From: Pecten maximus
Lineage: Eukaryota
Reading direction: 5' to 3'
NCBI RefSeq assembly: GCF_902652985.1
Contig: NC_047022.1
Span: 12,834,001-12,898,000 of the forward strand
DNA length: 64,000 nt
The notes beneath the pieces were generated by a model. The model made no database searches. It was not told the DNA's origin and saw nothing but the letters and a program-made list of their open reading frames with translations. Both the position numbers and the translations under genes were made by a program. Shown piece after piece: positions 60,001 to 64,000 of the stretch (the first letter of the stretch is position 1; every line of letters begins with the position of its first letter).

Positions 60001-62491
60001 ATGTACAGAATAAAATTTCGATGCATAATTCTCAATGTTTTATAGTCCAGATTCGTCCTTAATTAATATTTTACACAACTCAATTGTGCACGTGAACCTG
60101 ATTTAGCATTTGCATTAAGGTGCTAGGTGAGCTCCCAAGATAGAATAGTTTGTGTCTGAAAGGTAAGATAATCTTCAGTTAGGATGTCATTCTATCCGAC
60201 TGATGTGTATCAGTTACCAGATAAATGTTGTTCAGGATAAAAGGCATGTAACATTACCATGTAATACGTACTCCTATTGTCGCCACACTGTGACACACAT
60301 TGTTTAATTACTGGACAGCCTGGCTGTTAGTTGCCAAACATCGGAGGTCAGTGACCAAGGTCACAAATTCCATCTGAAATTACAACATAGCATTATCAAT
60401 TACTACATTTTGGCAAAGTATTAAGTGTCAGAACAGGTATTAATGTCGGTATTCTTTCTTGTTTTAGTATAAAATAGATTACACAGTATTATGTACCTTT
60501 AAGCAGTATAGAATATTTTGGGAGTTGACCGAGATATAAAAACACACGTTTGTTTCATAAATGTATATTGTCGCTCGTGTATATGATTTTTACCTGTGTT
60601 TCTTCCTGTGAAATATTAATTCATGTATGTTTAATATGTATACGTGACACGCGCCAGCAATTAAATCAATATCGTCCGCTTTTGAAGTTTGTATTAATTT
60701 TTATATCTTTTTTTTAATTTAAAAAAAGTGATATAATTGCGTACTTGTCTTTAGAATATTTAAACAATATTTTACTTTGGAAATCAATTATTTCTTTTCC
60801 TGTTTTTACGTGTTTGCACTTGTAAAATATTGACATTAACACAACCAAGACGAGCAATACAAATATTTTTTTTGTGTTCACCCATTGTATTATAACTTAA
60901 ATAGTCCAAAATAAGGTAAATTCTAAGGTGTTTTGTTTCTCATTATCCAGAACTGAAGCTATATGTGTGCATTTAAATGTTGATTTTAGTAAATAATGTC
61001 CAGGGGTTATACTTGACTTTGTTAGTTTTATGACATGTAAAGTCATCGTTCGATGATGACCATAAAATTTGTATATTTTTTTACTACTCAAAATTTAATA
61101 TACTCGGCATAAACAAACTTAAACGCAATGGATGTTACAGAGGTATGAATGATAAGTCATACACATGTCAATGGCAATATACAAACAGAATATAGATTTG
61201 AGACACTCAAAATGTACAAGAGGGAAAGGACCAGGTGATCCGAGTGGTAAGCGTTGTATGCTTCATCCACGACTGAAAGAATAAAGCGACTATAACTGTA
61301 AAAATTACTGTTAGAAAAAAATTATCAGGGGTTATATTTTTAATAAATATTTTATATAACTATGACTTTTCTTAAATGGCGAACATCAAAAGTGTCCATA
61401 ATAGTGTTTTGTTATTTATGAGAGGTAATCCCCGTTTAATGAGTATGAAGTATACATATGGAGTCTCTTTGAATTCTAACAACACATCGTAGAATGGAAG
61501 TGTTGGTATGGTGACTAGGTGATCGGACCCAGGGGTGACTAATTATCAACCGATAACGTGTTTGTGTCAGTGAGATCATGCTATAGATGAACATAGTGTT
61601 TGGTCGTGAGGCTACTATCATTGTAAGTAAAAGTGCTAGGTGTGTTGTGATTGCTATCATGGTTGGTTATATTACAACGGCGAGTCCTTGAAGGACGTAA
61701 CAGCTGTATGGTGCAGTTTGCTTCACTTTTAATCTTCTGAATGAATTTGTCTTAATAATTGTTATGTTTTAATTCATTCGAATAGTGACATTGTTGAGAA
61801 TATACAAATATACTTGATGTTCCTGTGAAGTGCAATATTGAAAATTATTATATTCATTGAATACTATACAATTCGTTGAATTATGTTTCATTTTCACTTC
61901 CTATTCAGATTTTAGCATTTATTTTTTATCTATTTCGAGGTGATTAACTTGAGACCTTTGCATCACTGACGAAATCATTTTGGGGATTACTGTATTGGTG
62001 GTAGTATATTTTGTGTCTTTAGTACAATCATTGAATTTTTTCTTCTTTTTTTTTTTCTTCTTTTTTTTCTTTTTTTTTTTTCTTTCTTTTTTCTTTTTTT
62101 TTTAACTCCCAAGGTTTACCGTAGCCTGCATGTCACTGTTTAACACGTGTACATTTGAATTCCAATATTGACAATTATGAAATTAATTGAATTATGAGGC
62201 ATCTAGATTTTGACATTTCGTTCGACCTGCTTCGAGTTTCAACACTTCAGGTCTTTAGCAACACTGGGGAGTCCTAGAGGGACAGAACAGCTGCATGATG
62301 CAGTTCAATTCGTTTTTTTATTCTACTATATATAAATCTATCTTTGTATTGAAATATGTTAATATCTTGCCTGTGCTTTGTACAATCTTCAGAGAGGAGA
62401 TTACAACTAGTTCAACTAAATCAATTTTATTGTCACGGTACATTAAAACATTTTCTAGAAATAAGAACGTGTCGTATTGTAAAAAAAGGAA

Positions 62492-62697
62492 TACTGTGAA
62501 CTTACATATTTTGGCGTAATAAAATTTTAGCGGAAATCTGAAAAATAAATAGCGCCATGATTAACTACAATGCTTTCCATATAGAAAACATTGTATAAAA
62601 CGGTAATTAGCGCAAAAAAAATCGTAATCTAGAGGAATAATTCATGCGCGAAAATCTCTCACATAAGATTAACGCTCAAATATGTGCGTTTACAGTA
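62492..62697. mobile_element. TACTGT...ACAGTA MITE
   Basis: TACTGTGAAC and GTTTACAGTA termini; internal GCG-rich sub-repeats. Confidence 0.65.
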
Positions 62698-63717
62698 GGA
62701 GTATGCCAACATGAGAACAAAACTGTAATTATGATTCCACACGATTCTTATGATGACGTGTTAAGGAGCAAGTTGGGCTAGTGTTTCAGCATTGTACCGT
62801 GAAAAGGTGATTGACCTATATATTGTACTACCATTCTTGTTTTCATTGTTTCGCTTTACATACAACAAGTTTTTTATATTGGAAAAAAATATCCGATTTC
62901 ATTCTCATTTCAGATTATATTTATCTGCAAGAAATTCGTACCAATCAGTACTAGTATGTATAAAAACTGTACAAAAACATCTTACTACCTATCGGTATTG
63001 TACTCTGTCTTTCATAAACTCGACACAACAAAAGCTTTAGTAAAGCGTGTCATTTGTTTTCACCATTGGAAGGCTTCGCTCGTGACTATTTTCGCGTGAT
63101 AAATCAGATTTAGATGCCGAATCCTTTACAAAACGATTTAAATGTTAGGGTAATTTAACATTCCACTTGTTCCTTATTTACATTGTGTTGGTCACTCTAA
63201 AAACCTTATCAACTGAACCGAAACATTAAGTCGTTGTCATTTAGTGTATATTTACATAAGCAAGCAGCTTGAATGAAAGTCGTTTACTTTTAATGTTACT
63301 TTGATTATAAGTTTCCTCTCTATCCGAACCAGGGTTATTCATTTAGGGTAGATGTTCGAAGTGCTAATTATAGGTCGGAGTTAAATTATATGTCAAATGT
63401 CACCTCTATACCTATTATCCAGTCTTTTCCATTGACCGATTTAAAATGATCCCCCGAGATTTATATATCAAACACCTAAGTGTGGTCCATGTTCACATTA
63501 ACTTTCATATAAGCCAATACGCATGAACTTTTTATATATGCTGTAAATATACATGCAAAAATGTTTTTCATGCAAAGAATCTGGTTATATCGGTATCAAA
63601 ATTATCATTTTGATTTGATTCTGTGTGTGAACAGAATGACTGAAAATTGCTGATACAAGGTCATTTTTCTAGGTTTGTATTCTGTGTTTCCTCAACATCC
63701 AATACAGAATACCTACA

Positions 63718-63929
63718 TACTATCAACGTACATTTTAAGCGGTAATCTTATTTAAGCGGTTTCCGTGCTAGAGAAGCATTATGCTAAATTATGATTGCGC
63801 TAATTGCTCTTTCTATATACTGTTTCTTTATGAAATAATTTTGGCGCGCCAATTTATTAATGCGCTTATCTGGTTAGATCCGGAAATTCGCTAAAATTTG
63901 AATGCGCCAAATAAAGTACGTTTACAGTA
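63718..63929. mobile_element. TACTGT...ACAGTA-type MITE
   Basis: TACTATCAACGTAC and GTACGTTTACAGTA termini; similar to 62492. Confidence 0.6.
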
Positions 63930-64000
63930 TTTGCATTTCCCTTGTATTGTAATTGTATTGTATCCACACCACCAAGTCTTTTGTGTCTCACTAGACTCTT

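Noticed and set aside
57091-64000. Further exons of the GT22 gene
   Set aside because: No phase-1 acceptor followed by the expected xAH..xG continuation was found by eye.

Overview
AT-rich, intron-containing animal DNA, probably a bivalve mollusc (inferred from the SINE, pearl/HINE-like and Penelope repeat complement). Reconstructed genes: (1) a Kazal-type inhibitor terminal exon (+, 1519-1585). (2) GPATCH3 (-, 5 coding exons, 12213-6426), with a 1-nt frameshift inside the G-patch. (3) SLX1 GIY-YIG/RING endonuclease (+, 5 coding exons, 13556-25467), head-to-head with GPATCH3. (4) A decayed secreted zinc-metalloprotease-like gene nested antisense in the 8.8-kb SLX1 intron (about 20491-18882). 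(5) A DUF4062-NACHT-WD40 (NWD-like) gene (-, 35159-28459, with a candidate first exon at 49310-49283). (6) The first coding exon of a GT22/PIG-B-like mannosyltransferase (+, 56829-57090). Repeats include a 5'-truncated L1/Tx1 LINE with a target-site duplication (TSD), two SINE families sharing a 3' tail, MITEs, pearl/HINE-like elements, a Penelope RT relic and nine minisatellites. The most unusual structure is a 66-bp minisatellite that quadruplicates an SLX1 splice acceptor in frame and without stops, potentially adding 0/22/44/66 aa inside the RING domain. A second minisatellite multiplies an ATG|GTAAGT donor upstream of the nested gene. All coordinates were read by hand; repeat edges are approximate.
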